NCBI GenBank assembly: GCA_965204725.1
Contig: OZ242005.1
Span: forward strand, 448,001 to 512,000
DNA: 64,000 nucleotides
Origin: Candidatus Latescibacterota bacterium
GTDB lineage: Bacteria; Latescibacterota; UBA2968; UBA8231
Reading direction: 5' to 3'
Within the stretch, counting starts at the first letter, position 1. The number at the start of each line of letters is the position of its first letter. The translations under genes were made by a program, and so were the position numbers. A model generated the notes under the pieces. It was not told where the DNA came from. It saw nothing but the letters and a program-made list of their open reading frames with translations, and did not search any database. Below, in pieces: positions 47,157-56,828 of this stretch.

Positions 47157-48290
47157 TCAGAGCACCACCCTAAACCCCTCTCGGTCCTCCATGCCCTGTG
47201 CGAAGATGCGCGGGTCGATGTCGAGGCCCGCGCCGAGCGTGTCGGGGACGTGCAGGATGGAAGCGTCCAGCCGCCAGCCGTCCGTGATTAGCCCGGGCAT
47301 GGTAGCCGGCGCGGCTTCAAGCAGGCAGAAGTTCGGGATGGAAGCGGCGAAATGGGCGTGGTGAAAGCGCTCGACATAAGACCCCCAGCAGTGGGGGGCG
47401 CACAGCGCGTTCCACTGCTCTAGACGCGCCGCAGTGCTCCGCCACCACGTCAGGCCGAGGGCGCGAAAATCGTGCTGCACCACGTCGATAAATCCCTTTT
47501 CTACCAAGTCAAAAAAGTACGGCGGCGGTGAAAACTCCCCGTCGGCAACGAGCGTATCCCAGCCGTTTTCGACGATGTGCTCCTTAAGCGCTTGGTTGAG
47601 CGGGGGGTCTTCGGCAAAAGGCTCCTCAAACCAATAGATGCCCACGTCCGCGCAAGCGTCCAACAGGGCTATAGCCGTATTGAGCGTATTGCCCATGTTG
47701 GCGTCAATGAGCACCTTGGCCTGCGGACCGGCGGCTTCGCGCACCGTGCGAATGACCAGCTCGTCGCGCTTGAGGCCCGCGCCGGTGGGCATCCAGCGTG
47801 CGCCGCGGCCAACCTTGATCTTGAAATGCAAATAGCCGTGCTCGTGGCCGGTGGCGACTTCGCGGCGGAAGATGTCTTGGACCTGTTCCTCATCGGTGGC
47901 CTCCAAATCGTCGATATAGATCGAGCCATCGTACACTTCGACCTCGCGTTTGCCGCGGGCGCCGAGCAGGCGGTACAGCGGCAGAGCCATCATCCGTGCC
48001 ACCAAATCCCACAGCGGCAGGTCGAGGGGGCGGCCCGCGGGCAGGCAGCCGTCGGGGAGCTGGAAGAGATCGCCGATCTCCTTGCCGAGGAGTGCCTGCG
48101 CTGTGGCCTCGTCAATGCTGGACCAACCCAAGCCCCAAGCCCCGCCATCCGTGCGGACCCGGACGACTGGATCTGCGATCTGCTCGCCGTGAGCGGGAAC
48201 GCGGGCGTTGAAACCGCTGTGGCGCGGCCGGGTGCCGCGCAGAACGCATTTTTCAATACAAGTAATTTTCCCTTTGGGGATTTCGTGCAT
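47157..48290 (-). CDS. Enolase superfamily (mandelate racemase-like) enzyme
   Basis: DLPLWDL, FKIKVG, IDAN, WFEEPF, ADGE; start at ATG 48290. Confidence 0.88.
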   Translation of the reverse strand: MHEIPKGKITCIEKCVLRGTRPRHSGFNARVPAHGEQIADPVVRVRTDGGAWGLGWSSIDEATAQALLGKEIGDLFQLPDGCLPAGRPLDLPLWDLVARMMALPLYRLLGARGKREVEVYDGSIYIDDLEATDEEQVQDIFRREVATGHEHGYLHFKIKVGRGARWMPTGAGLKRDELVIRTVREAAGPQAKVLIDANMGNTLNTAIALLDACADVGIYWFEEPFAEDPPLNQALKEHIVENGWDTLVADGEFSPPPYFFDLVEKGFIDVVQHDFRALGLTWWRSTAARLEQWNALCAPHCWGSYVERFHHAHFAASIPNFCLLEAAPATMPGLITDGWRLDASILHVPDTLGAGLDIDPRIFAQGMEDREGFRVVL

Positions 48291-48538
48291 GGTCAAGCTC
48301 CTTGTCAGGGTGCCGGTGCGGCTAAGTATGCGAAAGGTCAAACTGGCCGCGGACGACGCGGCTGTAGGGCGTTGGGCACTGGGTAAGCGATGGTGGAGGC
48401 TCAATAATACAAGGGAGTTGTTGGATGTCAAACGGCGCTCCCGGGCTACGTAGGTCGCTGTTGACCCGCTACAGGAGCGGGCGTACTATTCCGCACGATC
48501 CGCACCAATGAGCAATTATGCCGAGGAAGGGAAGCACT

Positions 48539-49060
48539 GTGTTTGAGCGACCCGATTGGAACGAGTACTACATGCGCATCGCCATGGCGGTCCGGGCGCG
48601 CGCCAACTGCACGGGCAACCGCGTTGGGGCCATCTTGGTACAGAACGACCGGATTATTTCGACTGGCTACAACGGCACCCCACACAACATGGTCAACTGC
48701 CTCGACGGCGGGTGTGCCCGCTGTGCCCGCCGCGACCAACACGCTTCGGGCAAGGATTACGATTTGTGCATCTGCGTCCACGCCGAGCAAAACGCCCTGC
48801 TGTCGGCGGCCCGCTTTGGCATCGCCACCGAAGGAGCGGTGCTGTATTCGACGATGCGCCCTTGTTTTGGCTGTGCCAAAGAAATTCTCCAAGCCAAGAT
48901 ACACGCGGTGTATTACCTACACGATTGGATTTATCCCGATGTCGAGCGGCAGGCCAGCTACGAGGAGTTGTTGTCGTTTATACCCGGGGGGGTGCGGCCC
49001 GTAGCGATGGACGACTCGGACGCGGTTTGGGCCGTCTCCAACTTGCGCCAAGACGAGTGA
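48539..49060 (+). CDS. dCMP deaminase family protein (ComEB-like)
   Basis: RPDWNEYYM, STGYNG, VHAEQNA, PCFGC. Confidence 0.92.
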   Translation: MFERPDWNEYYMRIAMAVRARANCTGNRVGAILVQNDRIISTGYNGTPHNMVNCLDGGCARCARRDQHASGKDYDLCICVHAEQNALLSAARFGIATEGAVLYSTMRPCFGCAKEILQAKIHAVYYLHDWIYPDVERQASYEELLSFIPGGVRPVAMDDSDAVWAVSNLRQDE

Positions 49061-49062
49061 GG

Positions 49063-50496
49063 ATGAGGCTCGTTGCGTGGGCTGCGTGGGCGAGCCTGCT
49101 AGCCGTGCGGCCCGGCGGTGCCGAGCCGGTCGCCGTGGTTCCGGCGGCTTCCAAGCCAACGCTCGACGGCATCTTGGTCGAGTGGGGAGCACCCGAGCGC
49201 ATCGGCCTAGTCCCCGGCGGGGAGCGAGTGGGCGTACGGGGGGCCTTTACCGGCGCGGCCGATCACGAGGCCGACCTCTACCTGATGTGGGATGCCGACT
49301 GCGTGTACGTGGCGGCCGCGGTGGTTGACGATACTGTGGATGCCCAACAGATTCCCCCGGACCAAAACGAATGGCGCGGCCCATCCGGGGAGCGCAGAGA
49401 CGCGATGTTTTACTACGATCACCTGAAAATTTTCTTGCGCGGCCCCAAGCAGCCTTTGGGGCACACCATCTGGCTGAGTCCAGCCGACGGCGCGCCCTAT
49501 TTGTGGGGAGGCATGCAGCGCGAGCAGCCCACAGAGCGCGTACCCGTAGAAGCCGGAGGGGCACGGCGCGAGCAACTCTACACCTTTGAAGTGGGCATTC
49601 CTTGGCGTTGGTTGGGTTTCTATCCTCAGCCCGATATGGTGCTTGACGCCCTCTTCCTGCTGCCGGATTCCGACCAGCCCGCCGAGGAACTTCGCGATAA
49701 GGTGCGGCAGAGCAACAAGTGGATCTGGTGGCAGGGCAAGGTGCAACTCAAGGGGCGGCCACCCGGGTTGCGCCAACCGCCCAAGGCGCAGGTCGTCGCG
49801 GAGATTGCGAAGAAGACGCGGGAGATTACCGTGCCCAAGGTGCCCCGAGCGGAACAAGAGACAAAGAAGGAGTGGGACGAGCGGGACTCGGTGGCAACGG
49901 GGGAACGTCGAGTCGCCCAGCGGGAAATTCCGGCGGCGGCGGACCGTGGCGGTTCTGGCAGCGCAACGGTCCAAGAGGTCGTGCCGACTGCGTCGTTGCG
50001 TGTGCTTAGATCGCGGCTGCTAGCGCGAAAAAAATCAGCACCGGATTGGGTGCGGGTGCTCAATGACGACGAGAGCGTGTCGCTGGGTCAAGTCGATTCC
50101 CTCTATTATAGATTGACTCATTCGCTGGTGCGCCTGAGCGCGGACCGCATTAACGCCCGCACTGACGGGCTCGTCATGGACATGGCCGAGTACGCCGGGA
50201 CTTGGCGGGCGCAGGCGCGGCACTTCTTGCAAAAACTGCTGGCCCAGACGCTCGCCGATCTAGCACAGGGGCGGCTGCATCCGCCGATCGTCGGCGCGGC
50301 CGCCGAGGTTGGCGTGGACAGCGATAAGGCCGTCCGCTTGGTGCAATCGCTCTGCCGCGAGGCTCTCAAGATATACACCGAGGGCAAGGTCGCTAATTCC
50401 GAAACCCTAATCGACAAAGCACGGCGGCGAGCCAAGCTCTCCGCGGCGCAGGCGCACGACCTGCTCGCAGTGCTGGCCGCGGCCATACCCCGATAA
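49063..50496 (+). CDS. Secreted protein with CBM9/DOMON-like domain and helical C-terminal domain
   Basis: Signal peptide, LDGILVEW, LMWD...YVAAAVVD, YTFEVGIPW; ATG 49063 just after the deaminase stop. Confidence 0.7.
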   Translation: MRLVAWAAWASLLAVRPGGAEPVAVVPAASKPTLDGILVEWGAPERIGLVPGGERVGVRGAFTGAADHEADLYLMWDADCVYVAAAVVDDTVDAQQIPPDQNEWRGPSGERRDAMFYYDHLKIFLRGPKQPLGHTIWLSPADGAPYLWGGMQREQPTERVPVEAGGARREQLYTFEVGIPWRWLGFYPQPDMVLDALFLLPDSDQPAEELRDKVRQSNKWIWWQGKVQLKGRPPGLRQPPKAQVVAEIAKKTREITVPKVPRAEQETKKEWDERDSVATGERRVAQREIPAAADRGGSGSATVQEVVPTASLRVLRSRLLARKKSAPDWVRVLNDDESVSLGQVDSLYYRLTHSLVRLSADRINARTDGLVMDMAEYAGTWRAQARHFLQKLLAQTLADLAQGRLHPPIVGAAAEVGVDSDKAVRLVQSLCREALKIYTEGKVANSETLIDKARRRAKLSAAQAHDLLAVLAAAIPR

Positions 50497-50570
50497 ATTC
50501 CGTGAATCTCCGTCGCGGTTACTTGACCCTCGAAATCCGCTCTCCGAGAGAGGTTTTAAGAGATGACTAA
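50496..50570 (+). pseudogene. C-terminal remnant of a PIN-domain toxin
   Basis: NSVNLRRGYLTLEIRSPREVLRDD* resembles the N-xx-N...GY..L-I-SP-E tail of PIN toxins and overlaps the start of the 65-aa gene. Confidence 0.6.
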
Positions 50571-50760
50571 CGAAAAGAAAAAGTTCGATTCCATTGAGAT
50601 GATGCGCTCGATTCGCGCCAAACTTTCGGTTCAGATCGAAGGGATGACACGCGAAGAGGAGCTCAATTGGCTCGCATCGCAGGAACTCAAAGATCCATTC
50701 TTGGAACGTCTCCGCAGGAAGGCGGCCAACAAGACCGCACAAACGAGACGTGCGACGTAG
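50563..50760 (+). CDS. Small putative antitoxin (PIN-associated)
   Basis: KKFDSIEMMRSIRAKLS...MTREEE pattern of small proteins encoded downstream of PIN toxins. Confidence 0.65.
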   Translation: MTNEKKKFDSIEMMRSIRAKLSVQIEGMTREEELNWLASQELKDPFLERLRRKAANKTAQTRRAT

Positions 50761-50771
50761 GCAATCTCTGA

Positions 50772-51700
50772 GAGGCTGTCTGAAAACCCATTATGTAGTC
50801 GTATTTGAATCGGCGTACTCATCAGGCCATATTCAGGTTTCACCACAAAATCTGAACAGAAAGGCTCGTATGATGAGTACGCCCAGTGGCCAATATGCAA
50901 CCGATGTAACCGATGTGCAATGGCAGCAGATCGAACCGTTGCTGCCGGCTCCGCGGTGGCGCCCCAACGGTCCGGGTCGGCCGCCGCGGGATCGGCGTCC
51001 GATCGTCAACGGGCTTTTGTATCTGAACAAGACGGGGTGTCCTTGGGCGTTGTTACCGGCTTGTTTTGGCCCGTGGAAAACGGTGTATGATTACTTCCGT
51101 CGCTGGAGCCGGCACGGGGTCTGGCCGCGGGTGTTGGAACGGCTCACCCAGCAGGAACGCCGCCGCAACGGCCGGCCGGCCACGCCCTCGGCGGGCTGTA
51201 TCGATAGTCAGACCATCAAAACGGCAACCCATGGTAAAACAACCGGTTACGACGCGGGCAAGAAGGTTCAAGGCCGAAAACGGCATCTGCTGGTCGACGC
51301 CTCAGGCTTGCTTCGACAGGTGGTGGTCACCGCCGCCGATGTATCCGATCGAGACGGCTTGCAGCAGGTGTTGACCCGCTTGGGGACGTCCGGCGTAGCC
51401 CGGTTACGCAAACTGTGGGGCGATGGCGGCTATCGAGGCGAGGCGATCCGAACATGGGTGGCCAACCTAAAAAAGACGCACAAGATTGACTTGGAAGTCG
51501 TCGCCAAACAAGGCCCCGGATTTACCGTACTCAAACGCCGTTGGGTCGTCGAGCGTACCTTGGCATGGGTGATGAACTCGCGCCGTCATGCCCGAGATTA
51601 TGAGGTGTTGACCCGCCATAGCGAAGCCTTGATCCAGATTGCTATGATCCACCTGTTACTCAAAAGAATCAAATAGAAAATGGAGTTTTCAGACAGCCTC
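50772..51700 (+). mobile_element. IS5 family insertion sequence
   Basis: Perfect 16-bp IRs GAGGCTGTCTGAAAAC / GTTTTCAGACAGCCTC; flanks TGA and TAA do not match. Confidence 0.92.
50870..51676 (+). CDS. IS5 family transposase
   Basis: YATDVTDVQW, CIDSQTIK, GRKRHLLVD, GDGGY, KRRWVVERT. Confidence 0.93.
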   Translation: MMSTPSGQYATDVTDVQWQQIEPLLPAPRWRPNGPGRPPRDRRPIVNGLLYLNKTGCPWALLPACFGPWKTVYDYFRRWSRHGVWPRVLERLTQQERRRNGRPATPSAGCIDSQTIKTATHGKTTGYDAGKKVQGRKRHLLVDASGLLRQVVVTAADVSDRDGLQQVLTRLGTSGVARLRKLWGDGGYRGEAIRTWVANLKKTHKIDLEVVAKQGPGFTVLKRRWVVERTLAWVMNSRRHARDYEVLTRHSEALIQIAMIHLLLKRIK

Positions 51701-51707
51701 TAAGTCC

Positions 51708-52820
51708 TTGAGGTTCCCGGATATTTATGGTTATGTAGTCATGCAGTCACATCGGATTACAAGTCAACACGGACGGTGCGGGTTTATTGTTCCTCTTTCA
51801 GTAACCTTCAGCTTTGAATTTTCTGATCTCCGGGGATTGCTAGCTAGCAGTGGGACCCATTGGTTTTCTTCATTCGACAACATTCCGGCAGCACTCTTTT
51901 CCGGTGTAAGCCAGCGATGCACAATCTGGATTAGTTCCTCGGCGGGAGGTGATTCGTTCGCTACTCGTCTTTTCAGATGGCGCTCGGCATATAGGACTTT
52001 TCTGTTAAATAATATAACCTACAACAAGGCAGATAATGGTGTTCCCACCACAAGTTTTGGTATTCCTCGCCTGACGAATTTTTTCGGTGCAAAATTGTTA
52101 GCACTGCACATTAAGTCATCTTCTTCAAAGTTAATCTCATCCCATGATACAGGCAGAACAACAGTCAGATTAGGATTCTCACCAACGGCGCGAAACTTCA
52201 TCTCCACATATATCGAGCCGCCGCCGGTATTGCATGAGGGTAATGGGAGTGTACTCGGTTCCACTCAATGCGGTTGGATGACTCTACCCTCTGATGAGAA
52301 AGCGTTTGCTGCTCTCGCGATCACAGCAGGCGATGCCTGTTTCTGGTATTGGCTGACGCGAGGCGATGGATTCCATGTTACAAACTGGTTACTCATTGAC
52401 CTTCTGGCTCCCATCGATTCGTTTCCAACAGATCATTTGTGCAGACTGGCTACCATCGGAGAATTATTACACCAGTACAGATATTCTGCGCTTGTCTTCA
52501 AGAAAAACGCAGGTAAATATGTCGGGAATTTTAACTATCAAAAGCTACTCTCACTGACGAGAAAAGCTGACATCGTGTTTCTATCTGGACTAGGTGCCAG
52601 TTGGGATGATTTGAGAGAATTATTCTCTTTCACTTCCTTGGTGCGGGGTATTAACCAAGAAGCCGGTGAGAAGAATATACCCATGTCAGTAAGAAAACTT
52701 TTCGTGCAGCCGGATTCCATTGACTTCTACAATGATCATCGTCTGCACGAGATTGACGAGTGGATATCAACAACGTACTCGATTGAATCTAGGCTAGTTA
52801 ATAGGATTTCTTCGGTATGA
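51708..52820 (+). pseudogene. 5'-truncated adenine methyltransferase / type IIG restriction-modification protein (C-terminal part)
   Basis: Begins 7 nt after the IS at PDIYGYVV...GRCGFIVPLS...FDNIPAALFSGV (motifs that follow NPPY); no SAM-binding or NPPY motif; FWYW in a TRD-like region; AT-rich. Confidence 0.7.
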
Positions 52821-52851
52821 ATATTGAGGAGGATTTGAAATGGCCATACTA

Positions 52852-53695
52852 GAAGCTATCTCATAAATAGTCTGGCTGTGCTACGTTAGTGGTATTCCCT
52901 TTCGGAGGTATCTCTTATGGATCTTACAGACGAACAGTGGTCGATAGTGTCCCCACTGCTGCCGGCGTGTCCCAAACGCCGCGATGGCCGGGGTCGTCCG
53001 TGGCGTTGTAACCGAGCGGTGCTCAATGGTATTCTGTGGATTCTCCGCACCGGGGCGCCTGGGCATGACCTGCCTGCTCGCTATCCGTCCTACCAGACCT
53101 GCCATCGTCGATTCCAACAGTGGTCGTCTGATGGCACCTTTGAACATATTCTGCGCACCCTCGCGCACGACTTGCATGAGCGCGGGGGCCTTGATGTGAG
53201 CGAATGCTTCATCGATGGCCTGTTTGTCGCGGCGAAAAAAGGGGGGACCAAGTGGGTCCGACCAAGCGGGGCAAAGGTACGAAGCTCATGGCAGTGGCAG
53301 ACCGCGCTGGTCTTCCTATCGCCGTACTCATCCAAAGTGCTTCGCCGCACGAAGTCACCCTCGTAGAAGCCACCCTGGAAAACCGATGGGTCCAGCCCCG
53401 ACCGCAACGACTCATCGGGGACCGAGCCTACGACTCGGATCGATTGGATGCGAGCCTGGCCGACCAAGGCATTGAGATGATCGCGCCGCATCGCCGCAAT
53501 CGTACGCAGGCCAAAACCCAGGACGGGCGGCGGTTGCGGGGCTACAAAAGACGCTGGAAAATAGAAAGACTGTTTGCTTGGTTGCATAACTTCCGCCGCA
53601 TCGTGGTTCGATACGAATACTATGCTGAAAACTACCTCGGCTTTGTACAACTCGGATGCATCCTCATACTGCTACGGTATTTATGAGATAGCTTC
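52852..53695 (+). mobile_element. IS5 family (IS427-like) insertion sequence
   Basis: Perfect 18-bp IRs GAAGCTATCTCATAAATA / TATTTATGAGATAGCTTC; TA duplication. Confidence 0.93.
52917..53686 (+). CDS. IS5 family transposase (two ORFs joined by a -1 frameshift)
   Basis: MDLTDEQW...GILWILRTG...FIDG; slippery A6G6 at 53235-53246; [15 protein letters not shown]. Confidence 0.9.
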
Positions 53696-54685
53696 TAAAC
53701 AAAACAGATTTATTCCATTCACTGTTCGACGCTTTTCGCCAGAACACAGACTCTGTCTATTTTGTATGTGGAAACAATCCGTACCGATTCTCTTTCAAAG
53801 GCAAATTCGTTACTGTTTTCGTTGGTAACATTCACTTTGCTGGGCGCACTGATGATGAATATCGAATCCAATGCCCAGGAGGTTTGCCGGAGACACTGCG
53901 CAACAGCAAGCGAAGGGGAGATACGGTACTCATCTTAGGATTTTCTGCAAAGGTGCAGGTCTTCAATGCATGGGATCCGGATAAATTCTTGGCTCGGCAC
54001 TCGGGAGTCCAGCAGTTTTCTGTCTATACTCGATTATCACGCATGCAAGAGGCTGCCGCACAGGGCTTCTCAACTCATACCGATACAGCTAAACAAGTCG
54101 TGGTCATGTTTCGCCCCGATCTCATCGGTTTGTATTTGGAAAACTCAACAGTGCTCCACCAAGCTACTGATCAGAAGTTGCGAAGAATAGCCGAAATTTA
54201 TAGTAACATCCAATCAGGTCAACTTCCTGTGCGACCAATCATGGTTAAAAGACAGAGGATTCAGATAACTAGTACTGAGTATCCTCGAAGTCCAAAGTTT
54301 AGGCAAGAAGTGTTAGGAGCGTACTGCTACAGATGTGCAATGTGCGGGCTTCAATTAGGCCTTGTAGAAGCCGCTCATATTGTGCCACATGCTCATCCAA
54401 AGGGACTTGATATAGTGAGTAATGGCTTGGCCCTTTGCGCTCTACATCATCGGTCTTTCGACACAGGGCTACTCTATGTTCGGGACGACTATTCAATTCA
54501 TATAAACTCTAATAGGGTCAGACACTTGAGAAAGATGGGTAGGTCTGATGGACTGAAGAGTTACAAACGGAAACTCAGGCGTGAACTGTTCCTGCCCGCC
54601 GAGAGTGTTTTTCTTCCCTCACCGGAAAACCTTACTCTCGGGAATGCTCTTCGGGGAGTTGAGTTGGCCTGAGAGGTCGACCATA

Positions 54686-55288
54686 ATGCAAGACATGCAG
54701 TCGTTCCCAACTCCTACACTAGCGGTCCAACCTCTGCCCTCAAGGTTCAAGCCTCGCTTGCTGGCAATCGGTGCTCCCGAAATTCTCAACTCGGAACACA
54801 CCGCGCTCTTCTGCTCCGTCCGTTGCCCCGGCGACCTAATCCTCAAGACCTACGACTTGGCGAGGGCCATGCGCGAGGCCGGAACACCCGTGATAGGCGG
54901 CTTCCAGACGCCGATGGAGAAGGAGTGCCTGCGCCTGCTGCTGCGAGGCAACCAGCCCGTCGTGGTATGCCCCGCTCGCAGCATTGACAACATGCGGGTT
55001 CCCCGCGACTGGCGTCCGGCCATCGCCGAGCGAAGGCTGCTGATCATATCTCCTTTCCCGCCATCGCAGCACCGTCCAACAATGAAGCTGGCAGCCCAAC
55101 GAAACGACATGGTAGTTACGCTCGCTAGCCGGGTTTTCATCGCCTATGCCGCCCGTGCTGGCAAGACGGAAAAGTTAGCCCGCAAGGTCGCCGAGTCCGG
55201 CAAACCCCTCCTCACCCTCGATAGTCCCGCCAATGCGAACCTGCTGGAACTCGGAGCTCGTGTGCTTGGGGTGGATGGTCGGATCTAG
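54686..55288 (+). CDS. Short DprA/Smf-like (SLOG Rossmann) protein
   Basis: ALFCSVRCPG, IGGFQTPMEKECL, LIISPF, AAQRN. Confidence 0.75.
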   Translation: MQDMQSFPTPTLAVQPLPSRFKPRLLAIGAPEILNSEHTALFCSVRCPGDLILKTYDLARAMREAGTPVIGGFQTPMEKECLRLLLRGNQPVVVCPARSIDNMRVPRDWRPAIAERRLLIISPFPPSQHRPTMKLAAQRNDMVVTLASRVFIAYAARAGKTEKLARKVAESGKPLLTLDSPANANLLELGARVLGVDGRI

Positions 55289-55341
55289 CGAGCTAGATAG
55301 CCGGATAAGATGAGAACCGAAATAATGAAGCAGTTCGTCGA

Positions 55342-56583
55342 CTAGTCGGATTTCCGAGCCGGCCCCGGCGGCCGGGCAAACGCGGCGGACCAGTCCATCC
55401 GGCCGGTAAACTGCATGGCGGCGAAGAGGGTGGCGATGCAGAGGACGGTGATGGCCAAGCCGGTATAGCCGACAAAGAAGAAGGTGTAGGAGAACAGGAC
55501 CAAGTAAATGAATTGGGCCAAGCCCACCTCCACCAAGGCCAGCCGCAGGCCGACCACCAGCCGCATGTAAGAAACCACCAGAAAAACAGACACGGCCGCA
55601 GCCACCAAAAAGGCGTAGTGGATGAGCAAGTGATCGGCTAGATAGGCCAACAGCAAGTGGAAGCTGAAAAAGGCCGCGCCGATGAAGAAGTAATTCATCG
55701 GGTGGATGTCGATGCCTTTGACCGCGGCGAAGACGAAGAGCAAAAAGAAAAAGAGAAAGAGGGAGATGGGAGCGGCCTCGGTCACGTCTTGCACCCAAGG
55801 GCCTGGGTTGAGGCGGGCGGGCATGACCATGCCGAGAGCGGCCCCGGTGAGTAGCTGGTCGTACTGCCAAGTGAGACGCCAGCCCTCGGCGGTGCGCTCC
55901 TTGTGGGTGGGCGACAGGCTTTGGCCGGGGAAGTCAATGGCGGCGAAATCCGTGAGCATGGTCAACTCGAAGTCGGAAACTTGCTCGACGTGGTCGCCGA
56001 AGCGGTACTCCCACTGTTCGAGTCCCTGCGATTGATAGGCAAGGCGGATTTGGCGGCTCTGGCCCGGCGCTAGGTGCAACGGCTGCCGCAGATGCCCTTC
56101 CGCCAGCGGCAGCGGTGCGATGGGGTGGCCGTTGAGGGACAGGGTGAAATCGTCGTACACGGCTTGGGAAGTCGGCAGGGCCAACTCGAAGGTCAGGTCG
56201 AGGGGTCGGTCGGTCTCGTTAGTCGCGGTATAGGTCGCGTCTAGGGCCACTTGGTAGGTGGGATACCACAGCAGGCCCTTGCGGCGGTGTTCGAGATGGA
56301 GATCAACCTGTAGGCGGCTGGCTTTTAGGGGCAGGAGGTGCCGCCGCTCCCTAACGTGTTCTACCGCTTGGCCATCGGGGGCCTGTTGGACGACGATTTC
56401 CTCGGTGGTCCAGTACAGGAGCGGGGCGGGTTGGGACTGAGGGGTGCCCCACAGTTGACCCACGGCCGCTTTGAGCTTGGTGTCTTGGTGGTGGGTGCGG
56501 TAGGAGACGACCTGCGCCAAGATGAGCCACGCGACGGTCGTGCAGGCAAAAATGAAGCCGATGGCGGCGATGCGGTACAGCAT
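55342..56583 (-). CDS. creD: CreD family inner-membrane protein
   Basis: N-terminal TM, WGTPQ, RRKGLLWYPTY, IHPMNYFFIG, HLLLAYLADH, six C-terminal TMs. Confidence 0.75.
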   Translation of the reverse strand: MLYRIAAIGFIFACTTVAWLILAQVVSYRTHHQDTKLKAAVGQLWGTPQSQPAPLLYWTTEEIVVQQAPDGQAVEHVRERRHLLPLKASRLQVDLHLEHRRKGLLWYPTYQVALDATYTATNETDRPLDLTFELALPTSQAVYDDFTLSLNGHPIAPLPLAEGHLRQPLHLAPGQSRQIRLAYQSQGLEQWEYRFGDHVEQVSDFELTMLTDFAAIDFPGQSLSPTHKERTAEGWRLTWQYDQLLTGAALGMVMPARLNPGPWVQDVTEAAPISLFLFFFLLFVFAAVKGIDIHPMNYFFIGAAFFSFHLLLAYLADHLLIHYAFLVAAAVSVFLVVSYMRLVVGLRLALVEVGLAQFIYLVLFSYTFFFVGYTGLAITVLCIATLFAAMQFTGRMDWSAAFARPPGPARKSD

Positions 56584-56754
56584 GAAGCCCTCCTTTGATT
56601 GCGTTTGAACGCTTCGCCGATAGCTGAAGTTCCACGTTACAGAAGGTGCTCGCCTAGCCGTCGCTGGAAGGAATCGCGTCCGGTGGCTCGCTTGCTAGAC
56701 GAAATGCTCGGGGCCGATATTGGGACCCCTTACTATACGATACTAGCCGCGATT

Positions 56755-56790
56755 CTTCCAAGGATCGAGGGCATCTTGCCCTCGATCCCG
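56755..56790. repeat. REP-like palindrome, family C
   Basis: CTTCCAAGGATCGAGGGCATCTTGCCCTCGATCCCG. Confidence 0.8.
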
Positions 56791-56828
56791 GATGGAAAGG
56801 AAGGGTCGCGTACTGAGTTGGGACCCTT

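Larger units (their letters stand above)
52840..54672 (+). pseudogene. HNH endonuclease (MTaX1-like N-terminal domain) interrupted by IS5 after codon 4
   Basis: GAGGAGG-ATG GCC ATA CTA [IS] AAC AAA...; removing the IS restores a 328-aa frame with DEYRIQ, ILG...FNAWD, FRPD, CAMC, EAAHI, NGLALCALHHRSFD. Confidence 0.85.

Noticed and set aside
48556-49062. 169-aa N-terminal extension of the 646-aa track ORF
   Set aside because: Overlaps the dCMP deaminase in another frame; a signal peptide starts at ATG 49063.
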